Translations under genes and position numbers: made by a program
NCBI GenBank assembly: GCA_032718475.1
Contig: JAUCBJ010005663.1
Coordinates: 1 to 50,456, forward strand
Direction: 5' to 3'
DNA: 50,456 nucleotides
From: Nemertoderma westbladi
Taxonomy: Eukaryota > Animalia > Xenacoelomorpha
Shown here: positions 11,582 to 27,007 of the stretch, piece by piece
Layout of the letters: every line of letters starts with the position of its first letter
Numbering within the stretch: the first letter of the stretch is position 1
Notes under the pieces: model-generated
Database searches by the model: none
Seen by the model: only the letters and a program-made list of their open reading frames with translations
What the model was told of the DNA's origin: nothing

Positions 11582-14500
11582 GAGGCAGGCTTACTCATAT
11601 CGGATGTGCTACATATCGGATGTGCTACATCGCGGATGTGCTATATCGCGGATGTGCTACATCGCGGATGTGCTACATCGCGGATGTGCTACGCTACATA
11701 TCGGATGTGCTACATATCGGATGTGCTACATATCGGATGTGCTACATATCGGATGTGCTACATCGGATGTGCTACATATCGGATGTGCTACATCGGATGT
11801 GCTATATCGCGGATGTGCTACATCGCGGATGTGCTACATATCGGATGTGCTACATCGGATGTGCTACATATCGGATGTGCTACATATCGGATGTGCTACA
11901 TCGGATGTGCTACATATCGGATGTGCTACATATCGGATGTGCTACATCGGATGTGCTACTCTACATATCGGATGTGCTACATATCGGATGTGCTACATAT
12001 CGGATGTGCTACATCGGATGTGCTACTCTACATATCGGATGTGCTACTCTACATATCGGATGTGCTACATCGGATGTGCTACATCGGATGTGATACATAT
12101 CGGATGTGCTACATATCGGATGTGCTACATATCGGATGTGCTACATATCGGATGTGCTACATCGGATGTGCTACATATCGGATGTGCTACATATCGGATG
12201 TGCTACATCGGATGTGCTACATATCGGATGTGCTACATATCGGATGTGCTACATATCGGATGTGCTACATCGGATGTGCTACATATCGGATGTGCTACAT
12301 ATCGGATGTGCTACATCGGATGTGCTACATCGGATGTGATACATATCGGATGTGCTACATCGGATGTGCTACATATCGGATGTGCTACATATCGGATGTG
12401 CTACATATCGGATGTGCTACATCGGATGTGCTACATCGGATGTGCTACATCGGATGTGCTACATATCGGATGTGCTACATATCGGATGTGCTACATATCG
12501 GATGTGCTACATCGGTTGTGCTACATATCGGATGTGCTACATCGGTTGTGCTACATATCGGATGTGCTACATATCGGATGTGCTACATCGCGGATGTGCT
12601 ACTCTACATATCGGATGTGCTACATATCGGATGTGCTACATCGGTTGTGCTACATATCGGATGTGCTACATCGGTTGTGCTACATATCGGATGTGCTACA
12701 TATCGGATGTGCTACATCGCGGATGTGCTACATCGGATGTGCTACTCTACATATCGGATGTGCTACATATCGGATGTGCTACATCGGTTGTGCTACATAT
12801 CGGATGTGCTACATCGGTTGTGCTACATATCGGATGTGCTACATATCGGATGTGCTACATCGCGGATGTGCTACATCGGATGTGATACATATCGGATGTG
12901 CTAAATATCGGATGTGCTACATATCGGATGTGCTACATCGCGGATGTGCTATATCGCGGATGTGCTACATCGCGGATGTGCTACGCTACATATCGGATGT
13001 GCTACATATCGGATGTGCTACATATCGGATGTGCTACATCGGATGTGCTACATATCGGATGTGCTACATCGCGGATGTGCTATATCGCGGATGTGCTACA
13101 TCGCGGATGTGCTACGCTACATATCGGATGTGCTACATATCGGATGTGCTACATATCGGATGTGCTACATCGGATGTGCTACATATCGGATGTGCTACAT
13201 CGCGGATGTGCTACATCGGATGTGCTACTCTACATATCGGATGTGCTACATATCGGATGTGCTACATCGGTTGTGCTACATATCGGATGTGCTACATCGG
13301 TTGTGCTACATATCGGATGTGCTACATATCGGATGTGCTACATCGCGGATGTGCTACATCGGATGTGATACATATCGGATGTGCTAAATATCGGATGTGC
13401 TACATATCGGATGTGCTACATCGCGGATGTGCTATATCGCGGATGTGCTACATCGCGGATGTGCTACGCTACATATCGGATGTGCTACATATCGGATGTG
13501 CTACATATCGGATGTGCTACATCGGATGTGCTACATATCGGATGTGCTACATATCGGATGTGCTACATCGCGGATGTGCTATATCGCGGATGTGCTACAT
13601 CGCGGATGTGCTACGCTACATATCGGATGTGCTACATATCGGATGTGCTACATATCGGATGTGCTACATCGGATGTGCTACATCGGATGTGCTACATATC
13701 GGATGTGCTACATATCGGATGTGCTACATATCGGATGTGCTACTCTACATATCGGATGTGCTACATATCGGATGTGCTACATCGGATGTGCTATATCGCG
13801 GATGTGCTACATCGCGGATGTGCTATATCGCGGATGTGCTACATCGCGGATGTGCTACGCTACATATCGGATGTGCTACATATCGGATGTGCTACATATC
13901 GGATGTGCTACATCGGATGTGCTACATATCGGATGTGCTACATCGGATGTGCTACATCGGATGTGCTACATCGGATGTGCTACATATCGGATGTGCTACA
14001 TATCGGATGTGCTACATATCGGATGTGCTACATATCGGATGTGCTACATATCGGATGTGCTACATATCGGATGTGCTACATCGGATGTGCAACATCGGAT
14101 GTGCTACATCGGATGTGCAACATATCGGATGTGATACATATCGGATGTGCTACATAGGATGTGCTACATCGGATGTGCTACATCGGATGTGCTATATCGC
14201 GGATGTGCTACATCGCGGATGTGCTACGCTACATATCGGATGTGCTACATATCGGATGTGCTACATCGGATGTGCTACTCTACATATCGGATGTGCTACA
14301 TCGGATGTGCTACATCGGATGTGCTACATCGGATGTGCTACATATCGGATGTGCTACATATCGGATGTGCTACATCGGATGTGCTATATCGCGGATGTGC
14401 TACATCGCGGATGTGCTACGCTACATATCGGATGTGCTACATATCGGATGTGCTACATCGGATGTGCTACTCTACATATCGGATGTGCTACATCGGATGT

Positions 14501-17500
14501 GCTACATCGGATGTGCTACATCGGATGTGATACATATCGGATGTGCTACATCGGATGTGCTACATATCGGATGTGCTACATATCGGATGTGCTACTCTAC
14601 ATATCGGATGTGCTACATATCGGATGTGCTACATCGGATGTGCTATATCGCGGATGTGCTACATCGCGGATGTGCTACGCTACATATCGGATGTGCTACA
14701 TATCGGATGTGCTACATCGCGGATGTGCTACATCGCGGATGTGCTACGCTACATATCGGATGTGCTACATATCGGATGTGCTACATATCGGATGTGCTAC
14801 ATCGGATGTGCTACATATCGGATGTGCTACATCGGATGTGCTACTCTACATATCGGATGTGCTACACATCGGATGTGCTACATCGGATGTGCTACATCGG
14901 ATGTGCTACATATCGGATGTGCTACATATCGGATGTGCTACATCGGATGTGCTACATCGGATGTGCTACATCGGATGTGCTACATCGGATGTGCTACATA
15001 TCGGATGTGCTACATATCGGATGTGCTACATCGGATGTGCTACATCGGATGTGCTACATATCGGATGTGCTACATCGGATGTGCTACATCGGATGTGCTA
15101 CATCGGATGTGCTACATATCGGATGTGCTACATCGGATGTGCTACATATCGGATGTGCTACATATCGGATGTGCTACATATCGGATGTGCTACATCGGAT
15201 GTGCTACATATCGGATGTGCTACATATCGGATGTGCTACATATCGGATGTGCTACATCGGATGTGCTACATATCGGATGTGCTACATATCGGATGTGCTA
15301 CATATCGGATGTGCTACATCGGATGTGCTACATATCGGATGTGCTACATATCGGATGTGCTACATATCGGATGTGCTACATATCGGATGTGCTACATATC
15401 GGATGTGCTACATCGGATGTGCTACATATCGGATGTGCTACATATCGGATGTGCTACATCGGATGTGCTACATATCGGATGTGCTACATATCGGATGTGC
15501 TACATCGGATGTGCTACATATCGGATGTGCTACATCGGATGTGCTACATATCGGATGTGCTACATCGGATGTGCTACATATCGGATGTGCTACATATCGG
15601 ATGTGCTACATATCGGATGTGCTACATATCGGATGTGCTACATATCGGATGTGCTACATCGGATGTGCTACATATCGGATGTGCTACATATCGGATGTGC
15701 TACATCGGATGTGCTACATCGGATGTGCTACATATCGGATGTGCTACATCGGATGTGCTACATCGGATGTGCTACATCGGATGTGCTACATCGGATGTGC
15801 TACATCGGATGTGCTACATATCGGATGTGCTACATCGGATGTGCTACATATCGGATGTGCTACATCGGATGTGCTACATCGGATGTGCTACATATCGGAT
15901 GTGCTACATCGGATGTGCTACATATCGGATGTGCTACATATCGGATGTGCTACATATCGGATGTGCTACATATCGGATGTGCTACATCGGATGTGCTACA
16001 TCGGATGTGCTACATCGGATGTGCTACATCGGATGTGCTACATATCGGATGTGCTACATATCGGATGTGCTACATATCGGATGTGCTACATATCGGATGT
16101 GCTACATATCGGATGTGCTACATCGGATGTGCTACATCGGATGTGCTACATATCGGATGTGCTACATCGGATGTGCTACATCGGATGTGCTACATCGGAT
16201 GTGCTACATATCGGATGTGCTACATATCGGATGTGCTACATATCGGATGTGCTACATATCGGATGTGCTACATATCGGATGTGCTACATATCGGATGTGC
16301 TACATCGGATGTGCTACATCGGATGTGCTACATCGGATGTGCTACATCGGATGTGCTACATATCGGATGTGCTACATATCGGATGTGCTACATCGGATGT
16401 GCTACATCGGATGTGCTACATCGGATGTGCTACATCGGATGTGCTACATATCGGATGTGCTACATCGGATGTGCTACATATCGGATGTGCTACATATCGG
16501 ATGTGCTACATCGGATGTGCTACATCGGATGTGCTACATCGGATGTGCTACATATCGGATGTGCTACATCGGATGTGCTACATCGGATGTGCTACATCGG
16601 ATGTGCTACATATCGGATGTGCTACATCGGATGTGCTACATCGGATGTGCTACATCGGATGTGCTACATATCGGATGTGCTACATCGGATGTGCTACATC
16701 GGATGTGCTACATCGGATGTGCTACATATCGGATGTGCTACATATCGGATGTGCTACATATCGGATGTGCTACATATCGGATGTGCTACATCGGATGTGC
16801 TACATCGGATGTGCTACATATCGGATGTGCTACATCGGATGTGCTACATCGGATGTGCTACATCGGATGTGCTACATCGGATGTGCTACATATCGGATGT
16901 GCTACATCGGATGTGCTACATCGGATGTGCTACATCGGATGTGCTACATATCGGATGTGCTACATATCGGATGTGCTACATATCGGATGTGCTACATATC
17001 GGATGTGCTACATCGGATGTGCTACATCGGATGTGCTACATCGGATGTGCTACATATCGGATGTGCTACATCGGATGTGCTACATCGGATGTGCTACATA
17101 TCGGATGTGCTACATATCGGATGTGCTACATCGGATGTGCTACATCGGATGTGCTACATCGGATGTGCTACATATCGGATGTGCTACATCGGATGTGCTA
17201 CATCGGATGTGCTACATCGGATGTGCTACATATCGGATGTGCTACATCGGATGTGCTACATCGGATGTGCTACATCGGATGTGCTACATCGGATGTGCTA
17301 CATCGGATGTGCTACATATCGGATGTGCTACATCGGATGTGCTACATCGGATGTGCTACATCGGATGTGCTACATATCGGATGTGCTACATCGGATGTGC
17401 TACATCGGATGTGCTACATCGGATGTGCTACATATCGGATGTGCTACATATCGGATGTGCTACATATCGGATGTGCTACATATCGGATGTGCTACATCGG

Positions 17501-20500
17501 ATGTGCTACATCGGATGTGCTACATCGGATGTGCTACATCGGATGTGCTACATATCGGATGTGCTACATCGGATGTGCTACATCGGATGTGCTACATCGG
17601 ATGTGCTACATATCGGATGTGCTACATCGGATGTGCTACATCGGATGTGCTACATCGGATGTGCTACATATCGGATGTGCTACATCGGATGTGCTACATC
17701 GGATGTGCTACATCGGATGTGCTACATCGGATGTGCTACATCGGATGTGCTACATCGGATGTGCTACATCGGATGTGCTACATATCGGATGTGCTACATA
17801 TCGGATGTGCTACATCGGATGTGCTACATCGGATGTGCTACATCGGATGTGCTACATATCGGATGTGCTACATCGGATGTGCTACATCGGATGTGCTACA
17901 TCGGATGTGCTACATATCGGATGTGCTACATATCGGATGTGCTACATCGGATGTGCTACATCGGATGTGCTACATATCGGATGTGCTACATATCGGATGT
18001 GCTACATATCGGATGTGCTACATATCGGATGTGCTACATCGGATGTGCTACATCGGATGTGCTACATCGGATGTGCTACATATCGGATGTGCTACATCGG
18101 ATGTGCTACATCGGATGTGCTACATCGGATGTGCTACATCGGATGTGCTACATCGGATGTGCTACATATCGGATGTGCTACATCGGATGTGCTACATCGG
18201 ATGTGCTACATCGGATGTGCTACATCGGATGTGCTACATATCGGATGTGCTACATATCGGATGTGCTACATTCGGATGTGCTACATCGGATGTGCTACAT
18301 CGGATGTGCTACATCGGATGTGCTACATCGGATGTGCTACATATCGGATGTGCTACATCGGATGTGCTACATCGGATGTGCTACATCGGATGTGCTACAT
18401 ATCGGATGTGCTACATATCGGATGTGCTACATATCGGATGTGCTACATATCGGATGTGCTACATCGGATGTGCTACATCGGATGTGCTACATATCGGATG
18501 TGCTACATCGGATGTGCTACATCGGATGTGCTACATATCGGATGTGCTACATCGGATGTGCTACATCGGATGTGCTACATCGGATGTGCTACATCGGATG
18601 TGCTACATATCGGATGTGCTACATATCGGATGTGCTACATATCGGATGTGCTACATATCGGATGTGCTACATATCGGATGTGCTACATCGGATGTGCTAC
18701 ATCGGATGTGCTACATATCGGATGTGCTACATATCGGATGTGCTACATCGGATGTGCTACATCGGATGTGCTACATCGGATGTGCTACATATCGGATGTG
18801 CTACATCGGATGTGCTACATATCGGATGTGCTACATCGGATGTGCTACATCGGATGTGCTACATCGGATGTGCTACATATCGGATGTGCTACATCGGATG
18901 TGCTACATATCGGATGTGCTACATCGGATGTGCTACATATCGGATGTGCTACATCGGATGTGCTACATATCGGATGTGCTACATCGGATGTGCTACATCG
19001 GATGTGCTACATATCGGATGTGCTACATCGGATGTGCTACATCGGATGTGCTACATATCGGATGTGCTACATCGGATGTGCTACATCGGATGTGCTACAT
19101 ATCGGATGTGCTACATCGGATGTGCTACATCGGATGTGCTACATATCGGATGTGCTACATATCGGATGTGCTACATATCGGATGTGCTACATATCGGATG
19201 TGCTACATATCGGATGTGCTACATATCGGATGTGCTACATATCGGATGTGCTACATCGGATGTGCTACATATCGGATGTGCTACATATCGGATGTGCTAC
19301 ATATCGGATGTGCTACATCGGATGTGCTACATCGGATGTGCTACATCGGATGTGCTACATCGGATGTGCTACATCGGATGTGCTACATCGGATGTGCTAC
19401 ATCGGATGTGCTACATATCGGATGTGCTACATATCGGATGTGCTACATATCGGATGTGCTACATATCGGATGTGCTACATATCGGATGTGCTACATATCG
19501 GATGTGCTACATATCGGATGTGCTACATCGGATGTGCTACATATCGGATGTGCTACATATCGGATGTGCTACATATCGGATGTGCTACATATCGGATGTG
19601 CTACATATCGGATGTGCTACATCGGATGTGCTACATCGGATGTGCTACATCGGATGTGCTACATCGGATGTGCTACATCGGATGTGCTACATATCGGATG
19701 TGCTACATATCGGATGTGCTACATCGGATGTGCTACATCGGATGTGCTACATCGGATGTGCTACATCGGATGTGCTACATCGGATGTGCTACATCGGATG
19801 TGCTACATCGGATGTGCTACATATCGGATGTGCTACATCGGATGTGCTACATCAGATGTGCTACATATCGGATGTGCTACATATCGGATGTGCTACATAT
19901 CGGATGTGCTACATATCGGATGTGCTACATATCGGATGTGCTACATATCGGATGTGCTACATATCGGATGTGCTACATCGGATGTGCTACATATCGGATG
20001 TGCTACATCGGATGTGCTACATCGGATGTGCTACATATCGGATGTGCTACATCGGATGTGCTACATCGGATGTGCTACATATCGGATGTGCTACATATCG
20101 GATGTGCTACATATCGGATGTGCTACATATCGGATGTGCTACATATCGGATGTGCTACATATCGGATGTGCTACATATCGGATGTGCTACATCGGATGTG
20201 CTACATATCGGATGTGCTACATATCGGATGTGCTACATATCGGATGTGCTACATCGGATGTGCTACATCGGATGTGCTACATCGGATGTGCTACATCGGA
20301 TGTGCTACATCGGATGTGCTACATCGGATGTGCTACATCGGATGTGCTACATCGGATGTGCTACATCGGATGTGCTACATCGGATGTGCTACATCGGATG
20401 TGCTACATCGGATGTGCTACATATCGGATGTGCTACATCGGATGTGCTACATCGGATGTGCTACATCGGATGTGCTACATCGGATGTGCTACATCGGATG

Positions 20501-23500
20501 TGCTACATCGGATGTGCTACATCGGATGTGCTACATCGGATGTGCTACATCGGATGTGCTACATCGGATGTGCTACATCGGATGTGCTACATCGGATGTG
20601 CTACATCGGATGTGCTACATCGGATGTGCTACATCGGATGTGCTACATCGGATGTGCTACATCGGATGTGCTACATCGGATGTGCTACATCGGATGTGCT
20701 ACATCGGATGTGCTACATATCGGATGTGCTACATATCGGATGTGCTACATATCGGATGTGCTACATCGGATGTGCTACATCGGATGTGCTACATCGGATG
20801 TGCTACATATCGGATGTGCTACATATCGGATGTGCTACATCGGATGTGCTACATCGGATGTGCTACATCGGATGTGCTACATCGGATGTGCTACATCGGA
20901 TGTGCTACATCGGATGTGCTACATCGGATGTGCTACATATCGGATGTGCTACATATCGGATGTGCTACATATCGGATGTGCTACATCGGATGTGCTACAT
21001 CGGATGTGCTACATATCGGATGTGCTACATCGGATGTGCTACATCGGATGTGCTACATATCGGATGTGCTACATCGGATGTGCTACATCGGATGTGCTAC
21101 ATATCGGATGTGCTACATATCGGATGTGCTACATATCGGATGTGCTACATATCGGATGTGCTACATATCGGATGTGCTACATCGGATGTGCTACATCGGA
21201 TGTGCTACATATCGGATGTGCTACATATCGGATGTGCTACATATCGGATGTGCTACATATCGGATGTGCTACATATCGGATGTGCTACATCGGATGTGCT
21301 ACATCGGATGTGCTACATCGGATGTGCTACATATCGGATGTGCTACATATCGGATGTGCTACATATCGGATGTGCTACATATCGGATGTGCTACATATCG
21401 GATGTGCTACATCGGATGTGCTACATCGGATGTGCTACATCGGATGTGCTACATCGGATGTGCTACATATCGGATGTGCTACATATCGGATGTGCTACAT
21501 ATCGGATGTGCTACATATCGGATGTGCTACATATCGGATGTGCTACATCGGATGTGCTACATCGGATGTGCTACATATCGGATGTGCTACATATCGGATG
21601 TGCTACATCGGATGTGCTACATCGGATGTGCTACATATCGGATGTGCTACATATCGGATGTGCTACATATCGGATGTGCTACATCGGATGTGCTACATAT
21701 CGGATGTGCTACATATCGGATGTGCTACATATCGGATGTGCTACATCGGATGTGCTACATCGGATGTGCTACATCGGATGTGCTACATATCGGATGTGCT
21801 ACATCGGATGTGCTACATATCGGATGTGCTACATATCGGATGTGCTACATATCGGATGTGCTACATATCGGATGTGCTACATCGGATGTGCTACATATCG
21901 GATGTGCTACATATCGGATGTGCTACATCGGATGTGCTACATCGGATGTGCTACATCGGATGTGCTACATCGGATGTGCTACATCGGATGTGCTACATCA
22001 GATGTGCTACATCGGATGTGCTACATCGGATGTGCTACATCGGATGTGCTACATCGGATGTGCTACATATCGGATGTGCTACATCGGATGTGCTACATCA
22101 GATGTGCTACATCGGATGTGCTACATCGGATGTGCTACATCGGATGTGCTACATCGATGTGCTACATCGGATGTGCTACATCGGATGTGCTACATCGGAT
22201 GTGCTACATCGGATGTGCTACATCAGATGTGCTACATCGGATGTGCTACATATCGGATGTGCTACATCGGATGTGCTACATCGGATGTGCTACATATCGG
22301 ATGTGCTACATCGGATGTGCTACATCAGATGTGCTACATCGGATGTGCTACATATCGGATGTGCTACATCGGATGTGCTACATCGGATGTGCTACATCGG
22401 ATGTGCTACATATCGGATGTGCTACATATCGGATGTGCTACATATCGGATGTGCTACATATCGGATGTGCTACATCGGATGTGCTACATATCGGATGTGC
22501 TACATCGGATGTGCTACATATCGGATGTGCTACATATCGGATGTGCTACATATCGGATGTGCTACATCGGATGTGCTACATCGGATGTGCTACATCGGAT
22601 GTGCTACATCGGATGTGCTACATCGGATGTGCTACATCGGATGTGCTACATCGGATGTGCTACATCGGATGTGCTACATCGGATGTGCTACATCGGATGT
22701 GCTACATCGGATGTGCTACATCGGATGTGCTACATCGGATGTGCTACATCGGATGTGCTACATCGGATGTGCTACATCGGATGTGCTACATCGGATGTGC
22801 TACATATCGGATGTGCTACATCGGATGTGCTACATCGGATGTGCTACATATCGGATGTGCTACATCGGATGTGCTACATCGGATGTGCTACATCGGATGT
22901 GCTACATCGGATGTGCTACATCGGATGTGCTACATCGGATGTGCTACATCGGATGTGCTACATCGGATGTGCTACATATCGGATGTGCTACATATCGGAT
23001 GTGCTACATCGGTTTGCTACATCGGATGTGCTACATATCGGATGTGCTACATCGGATGTGCTACATATCGGATGTGCTACATATCGGATGTGCTACATCG
23101 GATGTGCTACATCGGATGTGCTACATATCGGATGTGCTACATATCGGATGTGCTACATCGGATGTGCTACATCGGATGTGCTACATATCGGATGTGCTAC
23201 ATCGGATGTGCTACATCGGATGTGCTACATATCGGATGTGCTACATATCGGATGTGCTACATCGGATGTGCTACATCGGATGTGCTACATATCGGATGTG
23301 CTACATCGGATGTGCTACATCGGATGTGCTACATATCGGATGTGCTACATCGGATGTGCTACATCAGATGTGCTACATCGGATGTGCTACATATCGGATG
23401 TGCTACATATCGGATGTGCTACATATCGGATGTGCTACATATCGGATGTGCTACATATCGGATGTGCTACATCGGATGTGCTACATCGGATGTGCTACAT

Positions 23501-24607
23501 ATCGGATGTGCTACATCGGATGTGCTACATCGGATGTGCTACATCGGATGTGCTACATCGGATGTGCTACATATCGGATGTGCTACATATCGGATGTGCT
23601 ACATCGGATGTGCTACATCGGATGTGCTACATCGGATGTGCTACATCGGATGTGCTACATCGGATGTGCTACATCGGATGTGCTACATATCGGATGTGCT
23701 ACATCGGATGTGCTACATCGGATGTGCTACATCGGATGTGCTACATATCGGATGTGCTACATATCGGATGTGCTACATCGGATGTGCTACATCGGATGTG
23801 CTACATCGGATGTGCTACATCGGATGTGCTACATCGGATGTGCTACATCGGATGTGCTACATCGGATGTGCTACATCGGATGTGCTACATATCGGATGTG
23901 CTACATCGGATGTGCTACATCAGATGTGCTACATCGGATGTGCTACATATCGGATGTGCTACATCGGATGTGCTACATCAGATGTGCTACATCGGATGTG
24001 CTACATATCGGATGTGCTACATATCGGATGTGCTACATATCGGATGTGCTACATATCGGATGTGCTACATCAGATGTGCTACATCAGATGTGCTACATCG
24101 GATGTGCTACACATCGGATGTGCTACATCGGATGTGCTACATCGGATGTGCTACATCGGATGTGCTACATCGGATGTGCTACATCGGATGTGCTACATCG
24201 GATGTGCTACATCGGATGTGCTACATCGGATGTGCTACATATCGGATGTGCTACATCGGATGTGCTACATATCGGATGTGCTACATATCGGATGTGCTAC
24301 ATATCGGATGTGCTACATATCGGATGTGCTACATCGGATGTGCTACATATCGGATGTGCTACATATCGGATGTGCTACATCGGATGTGCTACATATCGGA
24401 TGTGCTACATCGGATATGCTACATATCGGATGTGCTACATCGGATGTGCTACATAAACGCGGCTTTTGGTCTCGAATCAACAGATAAGCTGAATTAACAT
24501 GTAAATTGTTGAATGTCAATTGAGACTTTTATAAACGAAAGCCACGTGATTTAGTAACTGAGGGTAAATCAGATTAATTCAACAACAAGGGGATTAATGC
24601 CTGTCTC
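11582..24607. mobile_element. Kolobok-like non-autonomous DNA transposon shell enclosing the giant array
   Basis: TTAA at 11578-11581 and 24608-24611; TIRs GAGGCAGGC-TTACTC versus reverse-complement GAGACAGGCATTAATC. TTAA TSD with purine termini fits Kolobok rather than piggyBac. Confidence 0.7.
11596..24455. repeat. ~12.9-kb minisatellite of interspersed 14-bp (CATCGGATGTGCTA) and 16-bp (CATATCGGATGTGCTA) units
   Basis: Directly visible; variant units (CATCGCGG, CTACTCTAC, CGGTTGTG, GTGATAC) cluster at the left end and CAGATG variants at the right. Confidence 0.99.
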
Positions 24608-26837
24608 TTAACCCGAAACATAAGCCAGTCCCTCAAGTAATTCGCTAAATTGAGATTGTTCGCCCTTGAATTATGATTGCTCGGCCCTCGGAGCTCCAAC
24701 TAATCTATATTTTCGAGGTCATCCAATTATGCCACAAACCAGTTCTACTCATATATCTTCTTTATTCGAAATATATATTAATTTTTGTGACATAAATCAC
24801 AGTTATTAATGAATATGAAAACTTCATTATTTTACAGTCGTATTATGTGATGGATGACTAATTTATTGAGAATGTTTCCGTTTACTTCCAGCTTGGTTTA
24901 GCACTCTTATCGCACTTGGTACGGTACTTAAAAAGGCGTGTTTCTCACTTGGATATTATCAGATTTCACCCACGATTTCATAAAAATATTATTTAATGAA
25001 TTATTAGGCATTAAGAAGCTCAGCTTATCTATTATCTCTATTAGCCTATTTCAACAATTATTGTAATACTGTTGATACACCAACAACACTAAACCTCTCC
25101 ATGAGCCTGTGTGCGTACGTTCTGTCAGAGGAACTAGTTTATCACCACTTGCTTTGGTTCCTGTCCCGGAATCTCCCACCACGTTCCTCAAAAGACCCCT
25201 TGATAACACTCTACGAAAAGCATAAACTGACCCTATTGGGGTTCGAACCCTGTACCTTGGTTTCTTGGCTATTACCACTATATCCCTACTGGGAGAGATG
25301 ATGATTTTATTCGCTACGTAGTGGCCTATCATATTTGGCCTTTTATCAATAACTCTTGACTTTGAGTGTTTGGAATAAGGCCGAAATTTGATAGCCCTCT
25401 CCATAAATTCTTCATACGACCAGGGAACTCAGTGGTTTAGACACACACTCCCGTCTGTACCGGATTCGATCGCCGATAGTTGTTGATGGTTTTGGTATAT
25501 TCTATTACATTTACGTATCCAAATAATATAGCAAAGAAAAGGGATTACATCATAATCCAGATCCATAAATGTATGTAATACATTAGATCGGAGGTACCAC
25601 GGTACATTCATATATAAAATCAAATAAACTTATCTTTTTATTTATTTTAGTTAATTTTTTATAAATTCGAGTGAATGTGGGGGGGGGGGGGGGGGGGGGG
25701 GGATATGGACATTAAATTTATGTTGACTTATAAATTACTTACAATTACAAATAACACTGTAGTCTACATTACCAAACAGTAGGCCAACAGTACTACTGTT
25801 ATTGGGCCCGTGGAGTTATTATATTATTTTTCGTTATTTTGTATCTGTATTACAATAATTATTGAACGCTGAGAACGGCAGTGAAACTAAAGAATCGGTA
25901 TCATAAATCAGTACCATATGGCTTATAAATCCAACAATGAAGTGATAATCCTGGTTTTTATTATGTTTATTTTGTTTATGGTCATGTGGTTTATTTGGTC
26001 TGACAACACATAGAAAATAATTTCATTGAAAAATAAATGCAGTATAATAATGGGTATTTATTTGAAGATGAGAGTGAGATGTTTATATTCGATAATTATA
26101 GATCCCATACCGAATGATTGACTGATAATATGTGCATAATTACAATATTTAGTATTTTAATATGAAGTTATCAAAATAGTAAAGTTTTATTCGGCCGTTA
26201 GGCCTGAGATTTGGCCTACTAGGCCTACGAACAAATTTTAACGATTAACAGTATTTCCAGCGCGGTCCCGCCAGAACTATGTATACTCCCCAGAGGAAAC
26301 TCCAGTACTCATTTAGAGATGCGCGCCCTGGCTCCGTATAAAAGATATCATGAGGAAAAGTATAATTTATATGGGAAATTATCCTTGATTAAGCGGTTGT
26401 TTATGATTACTATAGGGCCTACCTACACGTACTTAAGCTACAGTATACTGGGTTCAGGCAATGAATATTGAATATGCCGCCATAATTAATAAATATTAAT
26501 TACATTCCACCTTTACCACTAGTACAGTAGCCTACATACCTACTTTAAACCTCTTGAAGTGAACGCTCTGCTAAATTAAATCAAAACACTTCATAATCAA
26601 CATTATTTGGAATCGGTAGTTAAATCCCAGCTCAATGTGCTGTTCAGTGTAATAATATAAAAATAATTATATTCCATATTTTATTTTTTTATGTTAACAT
26701 TGTGTATTTATTTAATATTCTATTTGTAACCGAGTAACATAAAGGTACCCCTGGAAAATTTTTTAATTTTAATGAATAAGAAAAATTAAGTAAAATAATT
26801 ATATCAAACTAATTTAATTTATTAAATTTGATTTCAG

Positions 26838-27007
26838 GAGCGTGGTGGTATTACACAACAGATTGTAGTTCATCCAAAACGTCGCCTCCTTATTCCAACC
26901 TAAACGGAAAGTTTGGAACAGACGGAACTATTTACTGGCTGACATGGCTCCCTAACGAACCGCTGCAGTCCACAGAAATTAAAATACGTCCGAGAGGACC
27001 CCATTAA
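26838..27007 (+). CDS. Terminal exon of a fibrinogen-related-domain (FReD/FREP, ficolin/tenascin-like) protein
   Basis: Acceptor TTTGATTTCAG then (G)AWWYYTTDCSSSKTSPPYSNLNGKFGTDGTIYWLTWLPNEPLQSTEIKIRPRGPH*, matching FReD C-terminal motifs GAWWY..C, SNLNG, W..W, TE.KIRP. Not in the ORF track (too short, no start). Confidence 0.85.

Noticed and set aside
11596-24455. CRISPR-like or telomeric array
   Set aside because: No unique spacers or cas genes, eukaryotic context; the unit is not a G-rich telomere motif and is bounded by TIR/TTAA.
11541-24497. Giant ORFs of 4318, 3431 and 3314 aa
   Set aside because: The consensus repeat units contain no plus-strand stop in any frame, so all three frames are open and give the same peptides; artefact of the minisatellite.
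25238-25252. GGTTCGAACCC B-box, possible tRNA or SINE
   Set aside because: No A-box or cloverleaf could be built around it.
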